From Octopus vulgaris (Eukaryota): a stretch of 64,000 nt of DNA. Location: assembly GCA_951406725.2 (NCBI GenBank), contig OX597814.1, forward strand, positions 36,642,001-36,706,000, given 5' to 3'. This document shows, piece after piece, positions 12,956 to 24,677 of the stretch. The notes under the pieces were generated by a model. It did no database searches, had not been told where the DNA came from, and saw nothing but the letters and a program-made list of their open reading frames with translations. The translations under genes were made by a program, and so were the position numbers. The stretch's first letter is position 1. The number at the start of each line of letters is the position of its first letter.

Positions 12956-13239
12956 ATAATGTTTGCTAGATAGACCACGTGGGTGGAATGGGGAGTGCAG
13001 AATTTTACGCCTGCGCATTTTGAATTTGTTGACACTGTTAGTTGGAGTGGTTCATCTGAAGCGACAAGTTCGCTGATAGGTAAAGTTCCTTCTTTTTAGT
13101 GTTTCCAAATCCAAATTAAGAAATTTTGAGCTGACGAAAGAAATGCTGATTTTATTTGGCTAATCTTGAAGCGTTGACGTACTCAAACGATCTATGTACT
13201 TGTGATATTTTTCTGTATTTACCCCCAAACCTTCGTGAG

Positions 13240-13464
13240 CTGTCTGGAGTAAACATTATCTGAGAGAAATTTTCTTTAAGTAGTAGAAATGCTAAGAAAA
13301 TTTTTTTTGGCTGCTATTTCTACTAAGTTCAGTATGTGGCAAAGTAATTTATTTTACTAAGCCCTAATTATATAATGTAATATTTTGAATTCGCCTTAAA
13401 TGGTCCTTTTACATACTGAACACTTGGTGAAATTGATTAATTAATTAATTTTACCCTCAATTGT

Positions 13465-13468
<4 letters not shown>
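13240..13468. repeat. Old dispersed repeat, homologous to 25250-25347 plus 25785-25910
   Basis: Shared blocks in the same order: ctgtctgg, gctgctattt, taatggtYctttt(a)acatacYgaac, aaattgattaattaatt...ttttaccct. Confidence 0.6.
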
Positions 13469-13512
<44 letters not shown>

Positions 13513-13527
13513 ATGTGTACATATAAG

Positions 13528-13735
13528 ACTGTGTGTTTGCGTCAGTGTTCCCCCACTGTCTGATAACCAGTGCTGATGTGTTTACGTCTCCATCACTTAG
13601 CGGTTAGGCAAAAGAGAAAGATAGAATAGAATATATGCTTTAAAAAGTATAAGTGCTAGGGTGGATTCATTCAACTAAAATCTTTCAAAGCGGTGCCCCA
13701 GGTTAATGATGGAAACAAAGGGTAAGTATAAGAGA
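13528..13735 (+). mobile_element. SINE family B, diverged 3' half
   Basis: gtgtttacgtc...cacttagcggtt.ggcaaaagag matches the family-B body. Confidence 0.7.
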
Positions 13736-13744
13736 TATATTTAT

Positions 13745-13975
13745 ATTTCTTTATTGCCCACAAGGGGCTAAACATAGAGGGGACAAACAAGGACAGACAA
13801 AGGGATTAAGTCGATTAGATCGACCCCAGTGCGTAACTGGTACTTAATTTATCGACCCCGAAAGGATGAAAGGCAAAGTCGACCTCTGCGGAATTTGAAC
13901 TCACAACGTAAGGGCAGACGAAATACTGCTAAGCATTTCGCCCGGCGTGCTAACGTTTCTGCCAGTTCGCCGCCA
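13745..13975 (-). mobile_element. SINE family A with a 16-bp target-site duplication
   Basis: Full monomer; agtataagagatatat at 13725-13740 and 13978-13993. Confidence 0.92.
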
Positions 13976-14171
13976 TTAGTATAAGAGATATATATAGGTG
14001 GGGAGACGGCAGTCAGTAACAGCAAAATAATTTGAAAAATAGTAGATAAAATAATCAAAATATTTTGATATTCGTTTACATTTCCAGAGATTATGATATC
14101 AAATACTTTGCAGGATTTTGTTACTCCTTGTTGACAGAAACATTTAGTCTTTAATTCCCAATTAAGATTAA

Positions 14172-14587
14172 AGTAGCGAGCTGGCAGAAACGTTAACACG
14201 CCGGGCGAAATGCTGAGCGGTATTTCGTCTGCCGCTACGTTCTGAGTTTAAATTCCGCCGACGTCGACTTTGCCTTTCATCCTTTCGGGGTCGATTAAAT
14301 AAGTACCAGTTACGCACTGGGGTCGTTATAATCGATTTATTCCGCTTGTCTGTCCTTGTTTGTCCTCTCTGTGTTTAGCCCCTTGTGGGTAGTAAAGAAA
14401 TAGGTATTTCTTCTGCCGCTACGTTCTGAGTTCAAATTCCGCCGACGTCGACTTTGCCTTTCATCCTTTCGGGGTCGATAAATGAAGTACCAGTTACGCA
14501 CTGGGGTCGATGTAATCGACTTAATCCGTTTGTCCGTCCTTGTTTGTCCTCTCTATGTTTAGCCCCTTGTGGGTAACAAAGAAATAA
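14172..14587 (+). mobile_element. SINE family A, dimeric form
   Basis: Full monomer, then a head-truncated monomer joined at aaagaaata|ggtatttc. Confidence 0.92.
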
Positions 14588-14901
14588 GAAACCTTTACTC
14601 TTTAAAATCGAAGTATATTCCTAATAATCAGAAATCCACCAACTGTTTTCAATTAGCTTGTCATTGTATTTGGACTCATATAATAGTGGCTCGAATGATG
14701 ATGATTATCTCTACCTTAAATTTGACATCACATGGCGCTCTCACGATGATCAGTCAGATTGAAGGTTGTGCTATTAATATATTTTCTCTGCAGGTCTCTG
14801 ATTCATGTACGAACGGATTCTGTGGCACCTGACGCGAGTGTCTTCTATTACAGCATCCTTAGTCAGTAACTATGTAAAAGCTCGGCAAAGAGACTGATTT
14901 A

Positions 14902-15107
14902 CTCTTTTACTCTTTTACTTGTTTCAGTCATTTGACTGTGGCCATGCTGGAGCACCGCCTTTAGTCGAGCAAATCGCCCCCCGGACTTATTCTTTGTAAG
15001 CCCAGTACTTATTCTATCGGTCTCTTTTGCCGAACCGCTAAGTGACGGGGACGTAAACACACCAGCATCGGTTGTGAAGCAATGCTAGGGGGACAAACAC
15101 AGACATA

Positions 15108-15189
<82 letters not shown>

Positions 15190-15352
15190 CGACAGGCTTC
15201 TTTCAGTTTCCGTCTACCAAATCCACTCACAAGGCATTGGTCGGCCCGGGGCTATAGCAGAAGACACTTGCCCAAGATGCCACGCAGTGGGACTGAACCC
15301 AGAACCATGTGGTTGGTTAGCAAGTTACTTACCACACAGCCATTCCTGCGCC
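14902..15352 (-). mobile_element. SINE family B, full length, with an expanded internal CA/TA tract
   Basis: Near-identical to the other family-B copies. Confidence 0.92.
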
Positions 15353-16674
15353 TATATTTGTATTTGTTTTGTAGATTTATTCCGTTGCTCGGTTTGACAC
15401 CAACTCTAGTAGACTAGGATGCTTTACTGGAGTACGATCTACTCCATGAGTTTATGTAAGGTCTTCCATGAAACTTAAAGACCTTAAAACGCTCATGGAC
15501 ATTGAAGTTTCTTCTCCAATTAAGTAATAGAAAAACACTTCAAATCTGAAATATTTTCTTCAGCCTCAACCGTTAACATTGTGATCATACAAATATATAA
15601 ATAGACGCATGTATTCACTCACACAGACACAAAAGCACACAGGACTTCATTTATGCATATTTAGTTGAATATTCAACTTGAAAACACTTTACTTTCACAG
15701 TTCTTCAAAACAAAGAATTTTCTACAAATTGAATTAACCTTTCAATGTTTATTCTTTTATTGATATTTCTTTTGCTTTCTCAACAGTAAATTAGTTCAGC
15801 CGGAAGTAAGGCGGGGCATTTAATAACATTGGAGTCAAAAGATTCTTCAGTGGTCAAGTTTCCTTTGTGCAAGGAAGTTATTTGTTCCAGTTATAGTCAA
15901 TAGTTAAATCAACATCCTGGTCAAAGAACACGTCTATTTCTACATAGCAACATTATCAATGCAACTAAATACTTTATCTTTATCTGCAACTAATATAATT
16001 CAATTAGCTTTCTGTTTATATAAAATCGTAATACAAAACTGTTGCCGTGTTCTCTCTTGATAACGATTTATGTAAGAAGCGTCTGCTCAGCCTACAAAAA
16101 CAGAAGATACTTTTGAAGTTAATTTGCTTTGAAGGATCAAATATATCAGAATGAAGTAACTAAAAAGCTCAGAAATAATGAAATTATAGCACTTCTTTCA
16201 GCACGAGTGCTGAATTCCGATGAATGCAAGTGGTAATGTAAGAACTTTTACGTAATTTATTCAAGCGGATCTCTCTAATATCCTCATCATTATAAAATGT
16301 AAACTATATATAGGAAGATATATAGAGAGGCACATTTTTTAAAAGATTTAGGTTCACGTATTATAGGAAATACTTCTTAAGGTTCGGCATGCCTTATTTT
16401 AGAATAATATGCAATTTCATAAAAAAGGATGAGAGCACGTTTAGAAATGTCTATTGAATAGTTAATTTATACAATTACGGAAAACCACTGGGTCGTTTTA
16501 CTCTCAAACATAAATCAATGGAGAGTGCGAAGCAATAGCAGAAAACAAATTTAACATTCTTGATGCTCCAATAGAAAGAGTTGTGTTATATTTTATCTAA
16601 AATATGTACAGCCACGAAATGCCGATTTTGGATAATTAATCAGGTTCGACGTTGTTTTCTCTGTTCTGTTCGAA

Positions 16675-16741
<67 letters not shown>

Positions 16742-17367
16742 TTTTCTCAATTTCAATGAGTAGGTCTTTATATTTTTCTGAGCTTGTCAAACTCTTTCGC
16801 TGAGATATTATGATCACAGGGGATGCTCATGTCGATCAATAAGCAAACTTTATTGTTTTGGTCTTTCACAAGGCCAATAAACCAGATATTGTTGTGAAAG
16901 ACCAAAACAATAAAGTTTGCTTATTGATCGACATGAGCATCCCCTGTGATCATAATATCTCAGCGAAAGAGTTTGACAAGCTCAGAAAATATAAAGACCT
17001 ACTCATTGAAATTGAGAAAATGTGGCATCTCAAGGCGGTTACAATACCAGTGATCGTAGGAGCACTAGCAATGATCAAGAAGGGAACCGAAAATTATATG
17101 AGAATGATCCCTGGCTTACCATCCCTGCAAGAAGTGCGAAAGATTGTCTTAACTGGTACATCACACGTATTGAGAAGAGCATTGTCGATGTGAGAACTGT
17201 TGCTACTCATGTATTTTAATTTAACTTTAAAAAAAAAAAAAAAAAATGAACGAACTACTGAGTTTGGTTTAATGGCCTACCAATATACACTATAAGTTTC
17301 TTTGCCCTAGGAGTCGGGAAGACACTCGGCAAGAAATGGAAGAAAATTTGAAAGAAGAAAAAAAAAG
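16742..17367 (+). mobile_element. R4/Dong-like non-LTR retrotransposon, 5'-truncated, intact RLE C-terminus, with a fold-back 5' end
   Basis: ANKPDIVVKDQNNKVCLLIDMSIPCD...KEFDKLRKYKDL...VIVGALA... to the stop at 17193 is a PD-(D/E)xK restriction-like endonuclease of R4-clade elements. 3' UTR, then TAA tail. Confidence 0.92.
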
Positions 17368-17417
17368 TAATAATAATAATAATAATAATGATAATAATAA
17401 TGGTAATAATAATAATG

Positions 17418-17474
<57 letters not shown>

Positions 17475-17500
17475 TTAATAATAATAATAATAATAATAAT

Positions 17501-17626
17501 ACGCACATATGGTTGTGATGCATGTGCCTGGTGTACTCTTATCAGACGGGTAGTCATGATGGGTACATTGGGCTTCGTATATTTTACCCCAGTGTCACTT
17601 TGATGGCATGAACTGCTCTCTCACTC
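17501..17626 (+). mobile_element. Short TAA-tailed retroelement 3' end (unassigned)
   Basis: 126-bp unique island between two TAA runs, ending ctctctcactc-(aat)n. Confidence 0.5.
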
Positions 17627-17682
<56 letters not shown>

Positions 17683-17716
17683 TAATAATAATAATAATGA
17701 AGATGATGATGATAAT

Positions 17717-18571
17717 ATGGAGTATTGAGAGCAGAGAAGAAAGGGTAAACAAAGGAAGAACTAAAAAAAAAAACGCGACGAAGAATTACCTAAGGAGGGA
17801 CTATACAGTCAATTCTATGTAGCCACGACAGAAGTTACTGGAAAAAATATGTGGGATTAGTTGATGAAAAGAACCCTAAAAAAGAGAGACCGTGAGTACT
17901 ATACTGGTAGCTGAAGACCAAGCTTTAGCCAGGAACTGGAGGGTCAACCTTAGGAATGAGCAAGTGCCTCCGCTGTGCCGCATCTGCAATAGAGTGGATA
18001 AAACCATTGCCCATATTACGAACGAATGCCCTAGACTTGCCCAAAACTACTTGTGGCGACACGACCGGGTAGTGAAATTGTTACATTGGAAACTGACCGA
18101 AAAGTGGATGCTAAGTGGTGGAGTCAGAGACTAGCAAAATCCTTTGGGATTTTCTAATCTAAACCGATCAGGTACTAGAGAATAACAAACCGGACCTAGT
18201 GGTGGTGGACAAGGTGCACCACATATGATATATAGTTGATGTTGCACTCCCTTTTGAGTGACGAATAGTCAAGAAGGAAGGCGAAATAACCCGGCTATGG
18301 AAAATGAAGAAGGTGAAGATAGTGCCAATAATTGTTGGGTCCTTGGAAACAGTATCAGAAGGCATCAAGAGGAATATAAAAGTAATTGGAATAGAGTGCC
18401 CTGTACAACTGTTACATGATTTGTGCCTCCTTGGCACGGCCAGAATAATCAGGAAAGTATCAGATAGCTGAAAAGAAAGAATAGCATGGTACCATAGGTT
18501 GTAGGTAGTAAGTCCACTACGCATGCAAAACTCCGGGAGCTCCAACAAAACCTGTGATTATGAGAAAAAAA
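17717..18571 (+). mobile_element. R4/Dong-like retrotransposon fragment 2 (CCHC knuckle + RLE, decayed)
   Basis: AEDQAL...CRICNRVDKTIAHITNEC...RHDRV...ILWDF...NKPDLVVVD...VDVALP...PIIVGSL...LLGTARIIRKV, with internal stops. Confidence 0.9.
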
Positions 18572-18575
18572 AATA

Positions 18576-18673
<98 letters not shown>

Positions 18674-18694
18674 AATGATGATGATGACGATGAT

Positions 18695-19568
18695 ATGCAA
18701 GGAACACCAAACAAAAAGCAAAGAAGGCTTGCATGAATAAACGCCTGCATGGAAAATACCTGTTCAAGCCAGATATTGATCAAAATTTAACACACCAATG
18801 GTTATCAAGGGACAGATCTTAAAGGGGAAACAAAAGATTTTGTTATTGCAGTGCAAGATCAGAACTTACCTACCAGAAACTAGCATGCAAACTTCCTTAA
18901 AGATAGATCTGACCTCTCATGCAAAATTTGCGGAAAATTCACAGAGACAATTGATCATGTTGTTTCTGGTTGTCCAGTATTCACTGAAAATGAGTAACTC
19001 ATAAGACATGACAGACTAGGGCAGAACTTCCATTGGAATGCTTGTAAATACTACAAAATGATAAGTAGTACAGGCACTATCCAGAGGATGTTGTAAATGG
19101 TGAGGGTGTCACCATACTTTGGAACTTCCCAATCGATCAAACTTTGTGATCAAAGACTACAAGAGAGGAACTTGTCTGTCGTACAAGGTCAAAATGTCTC
19201 AAGAAGAGAATACGAAAAGCTTTCTCGCTATAAATATCTGCAAATTGAAATCACAAAAATCTCGAAGCCTAATACTACGATCATACCAGTATCAATTGGT
19301 GTGTTGGGAATGATAAAGAAGGGCACTGATAAGTATATTAAGCAACTCCCTGGTAACTCCAATCTCCGTGAACTACCAAAAATAACCTTGATGGGTAGAG
19401 CATATATGCTACGGAAAGCATATCTAAAATGCTTTCCATCTAACATGGAATAAATGCGGTGATAATTTTAGCATGCATAGCAAAACAAAAGTGCCCTTGT
19501 TACTCTTGGCCTCCAGAGGATACCCGGTACTTAGGAGCCGAAATAAAGTTATAATGAAAAGAAACCAT
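18695..19568 (+). mobile_element. R4/Dong-like retrotransposon fragment 3 (CCHC knuckle + RLE, decayed)
   Basis: LHGKY...AVQDQNLPTRN...CKICGKFTETIDHVVSGC...RHDRL...EYEKLSRYKYL...IPVSIGVLGMIKKG, with frameshifts. Confidence 0.9.
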
Positions 19569-19569
19569 A

Positions 19570-19661
<92 letters not shown>

Positions 19662-19687
19662 TAATAATAATAATAATGATAATAATA

Positions 19688-19900
19688 GGAACGGCTCATG
19701 TACTGAGAAGAGCACTATCGCTGTGAAAATAACATCCATCCATGAATTTATTTATTTATTAATTTTTAAATACATATGTTATCTGTGAATTTGTGCGTGT
19801 AATCTGGGAATGCATACAATGCCCTTCTCTGCCCTAGGTGTATGGAAAACACTCGGCGAGAAACGGAAGAAAATTTGAAGAAAGAAGGAAAAAACATAAC
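19688..19900 (+). mobile_element. R4/Dong-like 3' end, fragment 4 (same family as fragment 1)
   Basis: catgtactgagaagagcactatc resembles 17163-17187; tgccctagg...acactcggc.agaaa.ggaagaaaatttgaa matches 17303-17351. Confidence 0.85.
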
Positions 19901-19924
19901 AATAATAATAATAATAGTAATAAT

Positions 19925-20020
19925 GATATGGAATGATCATCAACTTGAGCCAGCCGTTGAAGGTAAAAATATCACTATCCGCTGGGATTTTCCAGTCAAC
20001 ACTGACAGAACGATCCAGAC
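19925..20020 (+). mobile_element. R4/Dong-like internal fragment 5
   Basis: WNDHQLEPAVEGKNITIRWDFPVNTDRTIQ is the segment that precedes the RLE PD motif; truncated by a SINE. Confidence 0.75.
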
Positions 20021-20168
20021 TTGATCCCCAGTGTTTTGCTGGTATTTATTTTGTCGTCTCTGAAAGGACAAAAGACCAAGTTGACCACGACAGAAATTGA
20101 ATAGAGAACGTGCAGACGGACGAAATGCCGTTAAGCATTTTGTCCGGCGTGCTAACGATTCTACTAGC
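20020..20168 (-). mobile_element. SINE family A, diverged
   Basis: Family-A head and core. Confidence 0.75.
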
Positions 20169-20320
20169 ACATACCCAAGAAAAACAGAACTGTATTTCGT
20201 GGTACAGTTGAATGCAAGCAATAAAATAATAAAATTAAAATTAAAAAGAATAAGACTATATTAACAAGACTAATAAAATAACAACAAAAACTACTACTAA
20301 TATAACTACTACTACTACTT

Positions 20321-20353
<33 letters not shown>

Positions 20354-20364
20354 TTACTACTACT

Positions 20365-20407
<43 letters not shown>

Positions 20408-20796
20408 CAATATTAAAGATAATAATAATAATAATAAAGATAATAATAATAACAATAAAGATAATAATAATAATAATAAGGATAATAATGATAATAATAT
20501 TCCACTTGAATTCTATACAGGAAATGAATTTTTGGTTGAGATGTCAATAGCCTATGGACGAAAACAATGAATAAATAATTGGTACTAAAATAGCAAATAC
20601 TACTCAGAGTCGTAGAATATTTGTCACTTTTAAATATTCCCTGATAAAGTATAGAACAAAACTCGAAATGTATGACGTGCAGAACTAGAAAACAATTTCC
20701 CACTGATTAGCAGCTAACGTTTCATTTTAATAAGTACCACTAATAATTTTCTTCATGTAAACCGACATTGTTAGCTGTGAATGTAAAGATAGAAGA

Positions 20797-21207
20797 CGGT
20801 GAGCTGGTAGAAACGTTAGCATGCCGGACGAAATGCTAAGCGGTTTTTCGTCTGCCGTTACATTCTGAGTTCAAATTCCGCCGAGGTCGACTTTGCCTTT
20901 CATCCTTTTGGGGTCGATTAAATAAGTACCAGTTACGCATTGGGGTCGATATAATCAAGTTAATCCGTTTGTCTGTCCATGTTTGTCCCCTCTGTGTTTA
21001 GCCCCTTGTGGGCAATAAAAGATATAGGTATTTCGTCTGCCGTTACGTTCTGAGTCCAAATTCCGCCGAGGTCGACTTTGCCTTTCATCCTTTCGGGATC
21101 GATAAGTACCAGTTACACACTCAAGTCGATGTAATCGACTTAATCCGTTTGTCTTTCCTTGTTTGTCCCCTCTATGTTTAGCCCCTTTGTGGGCAATAAA
21201 GAAATAA
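20797..21207 (+). mobile_element. SINE family A, dimeric form
   Basis: Same monomer junction as the 14172 copy. Confidence 0.92.
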
Positions 21208-21796
21208 GATAGATGGGATTAAAGCTAAAACCATCACTTGGTTTTTATAATGAGGATTTCCATTTATTTTTTTAGTTTTAAGCTCTTTCCCCTTCATATA
21301 GCATATTAACTTGAGTGAGATGTGTGCAGGTTTTTACAATATGAAGTTCATAACACTTTACGATCTAAGTATGGGAAATTATTAATTTAATGTTAGTTAA
21401 CAAAATCTCAGATTTTCTCTTTAGCTTACGTATCAATCATCCTCAAAGTACTGAGAAATATAATGGATTATCACATTTTATATAAAGCATAATAAAGAGA
21501 ACACTAAATTTATATACATATAAGTGCAGAACAGATAGTATATGACCTTGCAGATTGGAGTAATGATCTGTAAAATCAATTTCGCAAATTTTGTTATTTT
21601 AACGTATTGATTTTTGCTTATGCTCAAGGCTTATTCTGTGAGGAAAGCGATATCTTAGATTCCTTCAACCACAGTATTGTAAATTCCTTAGCTTATTGGA
21701 AGCATCCTGGAGGGATTAAAGGAATAAAAAAAACTAGCATAGAAATATTCCGAAGTAAAAAAAGTATACGTATGACTACATAGATGTGCGTGTGTA

Positions 21797-21863
<67 letters not shown>

Positions 21864-21945
21864 AGAGAGAGAGTATATATCAATCATATATATATATATT
21901 ATATACATTTCTAAATATATATATGCAGGCATATGTTTATATGTG

Positions 21946-21987
<42 letters not shown>

Positions 21988-22496
21988 TATATAAATAGAA
22001 AAATAGAAAAATTAGATAGATATAGATATATGTGTATGTATATATGTATGCATGTATGTATTATATACTTATGTATTGTTTGGTGATGTATTATAAAATG
22101 TATCATTCTCTCTTTATTTGTTATATTACAGCATATTAATTACACTGGTTTCAATAAACAGAAAATTCCAAGTATTGAAGTAGTTGTATTCTAGTACTAA
22201 AGGAAATAATATACGACAGCATTCTACATGCTTTCTTTCCCATCAAACGAACTTTCTTTCCCATCAAAATACACTTCAAATTATATTGCAAATGTTCTCT
22301 ATTCACTGCTTTGAAAACAAAATCTTTTCAATTATCTTGGCTAAAAATCTTCCATGTTTAACTAAGAATCTTATCTCCTTACTTCATTTGTATGCCTCAA
22401 AGCACAGCTTGTTGCATTTCTGTATGGAAGCTAAAATATTAGTTATGACTTTATTTCTATCAACCTTTAGGCATTCCTTCTGCTGCCGCTGCGACG

Positions 22497-22534
22497 GTTG
22501 TTATTGGTTGTTGTTGTTATTATTATTATCATCA

Positions 22535-22608
<74 letters not shown>

Positions 22609-22804
22609 ATTACTAGTAGTGGTAATAGTAGTTGTAGTATTAGCAGCAGCAGTACCAGCAGTAGTTGTAGTAGACGCATTTGGTGTTGTAGGGGAAACGC
22701 TCATAAAACTGTAGGATGCGTGATGGTGGCGATGATGAAGATAATGACGATGATGTTGATAATAATAATAATAATAATAATGATAATAATAATAAGGAGA
22801 AGAA

Positions 22805-22835
<31 letters not shown>

Positions 22836-22915
22836 AGGAAAAAGTAAAAGGAAAAGGAGAAAAAGAAGTAAAAGAAGGAGAATAATAATAAGAACTGTAA
22901 TGATAATACTAAATT
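22497..22915. repeat. Compound trinucleotide microsatellite (TTG/TTA/TAG/CAG/GAT/ATA/AGA)
   Basis: Visible successive triplet runs. Confidence 0.9.
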
Positions 22916-23029
22916 AAATATTTGATAGAGTCTAACAAAAATATTATGGGATGATTCCAGTATTCACATAGCAGGTTAAACAGAAGAAACGACCTAAACA
23001 GAAAAGAAAATTTAATTTTTGTATACGTG

Positions 23030-23071
<42 letters not shown>

Positions 23072-24078
23072 TATAGATTTTCGTATATTTTTTCAACATA
23101 CTATTTCTATTGGTTTTAAAGATGTAGCTGTAGATAATCAAGTTAAAATATCGAATGAACCAACGAGAACAGTTGAATAAAAGGAATTTAAATATCTCCG
23201 AATACCATAATTAGCAATATTGTCATGTCATTTTCGAAGACTTTCTGTCTGTTTTGAACCTTTATTTATAGTAAAGAATTTTGTCTACAATGGTCTATGA
23301 TGTTCAATAAGTTATAAAAATCATATTTCATGTATTGAAAATTGCATTCAAAATAGACTGTTGCTATTTGTTTTTGTTTCGATACGATTTTTTGACGGCA
23401 GGTAAATTTCTTTTTGAATCATATTTTGGAAAGTAAAATAAAGATATTGAAAAAATATCATAAGAACGAAAAATATTTACAAAATGGAATTGTTGAAAGC
23501 AAGCCAAGGAGGTATACAGGGAAATTTGTAAACAGAATAAAGATGTGTATGTTAACCTTGAATTTTTTTCACGACAATGAAGTGTTGCAGTGTTGCGATA
23601 TAACACGATCAACATCATCACTACCCCGTTCATGGCAATGTTTATCATCCTCATAGCTATCGTTATAATTCTGTCATTCACTCTGTATAGAAAACATGAA
23701 GATGAGAGTTGAATCCTAATTTAACATTCTTTCCAGTTGTGAGTAGCCCAAGCAATGCGATCTAACGATTGCTTCGGTAATATCGTGAATATCATAACTA
23801 TTTTTATATTGTATTTATTTTAGCATTTCTACCCGATATAATAGGGGGAAATCCCATTATATACAGTAAAAAGTGGTGGGTGTGGCGTGGTTTTCCATTG
23901 TATAATGTTCAATGGTTCGGTCGTTATACAAATCACATTATGACAGAGCCATTGAATTGTAAATACTGTGGTATATGAGATGAAAACAAACATTGTTTCG
24001 TAATATATAGACAGTATAAAAAAATATGCAAGCTTGTGAATATGCCTCTGAATATGACTAATACATGTATCATATATA

Positions 24079-24665
24079 GAGGGTGCAGTGAATGAACTAT
24101 CGCCTACATTACGCAAACATGAAAATAACATTGACATCTCATTTTAACAGATATATTTACCAAAATTACGTTAAAATATTGGGGAATACTAAAGGGGAAA
24201 TTTATTCTATAAAATCACCATTGGCTTCAACCACGGCCTCCAGAGGACTTCGAAATCTCTTGCAATTCTTCCGGACGGTCTCCTTGTTTAAGGTGGTGAA
24301 TGCTGCCGTAATCCTTGCCTTCGGTTCATTTTTGGTGTTAAAGGAGTTTTGATGGTCTCTTGCTCAACTCTGTCACACACAAAGTAATTAACGGATTTAC
24401 AGTCTGGGGAGTTAGGTGGCCAGATACTAGCGGTGATGATTGGGTTCTCCTACTTGTGCGGCATGGTGCAGAGTCCTTTTGCCAGACATAGGGTCTTCCA
24501 GCAGCCACCCTCTTAACCAAGGGCAACACTACCTTCTTCAGGCACTTGATATAGGCCTTCATATTGAGACTGAGGTCGTGTAGAAAGATGAATGGTGGCA
24601 TCACTAGTGATCATTCCATACATCTTGATGCTGACGGGATGTTGGAGTTTTATCTCTCTCGGTAC
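24079..24665 (-). mobile_element. Tc1/mariner-superfamily transposon 3' part (DDD/E catalytic domain, decayed)
   Basis: YIKCLKKVVLPLV...YVWQKDSAPCRTSRRTQ...WPPNSPDC...RFRSPLEAVVEANGDFIE* on the minus strand; ta|gagggtg terminus. Confidence 0.88.
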
Positions 24666-24677
24666 ATGTCCTCAGAT

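Larger units (their letters stand above)
16677..19925. repeat. (TAA)n microsatellite field interrupted by retroelements (runs at 16677-16741, 17368-17500, 17627-17716, 18572-18694 incl. GAT, 19569-19687, ~19900-19925)
   Basis: Visible TAA runs separating each insertion. Confidence 0.95.

Noticed and set aside
16677-20020. CRISPR-like repeat/spacer alternation
   Set aside because: The repeats are variable-length TAA microsatellites and the spacers are retrotransposon fragments; the context is eukaryotic with no cas genes.
23414-23681. Overlapping 80-aa and 105-aa ORFs
   Set aside because: Low-complexity, partly decayed GAT repeat, and no domain signature.
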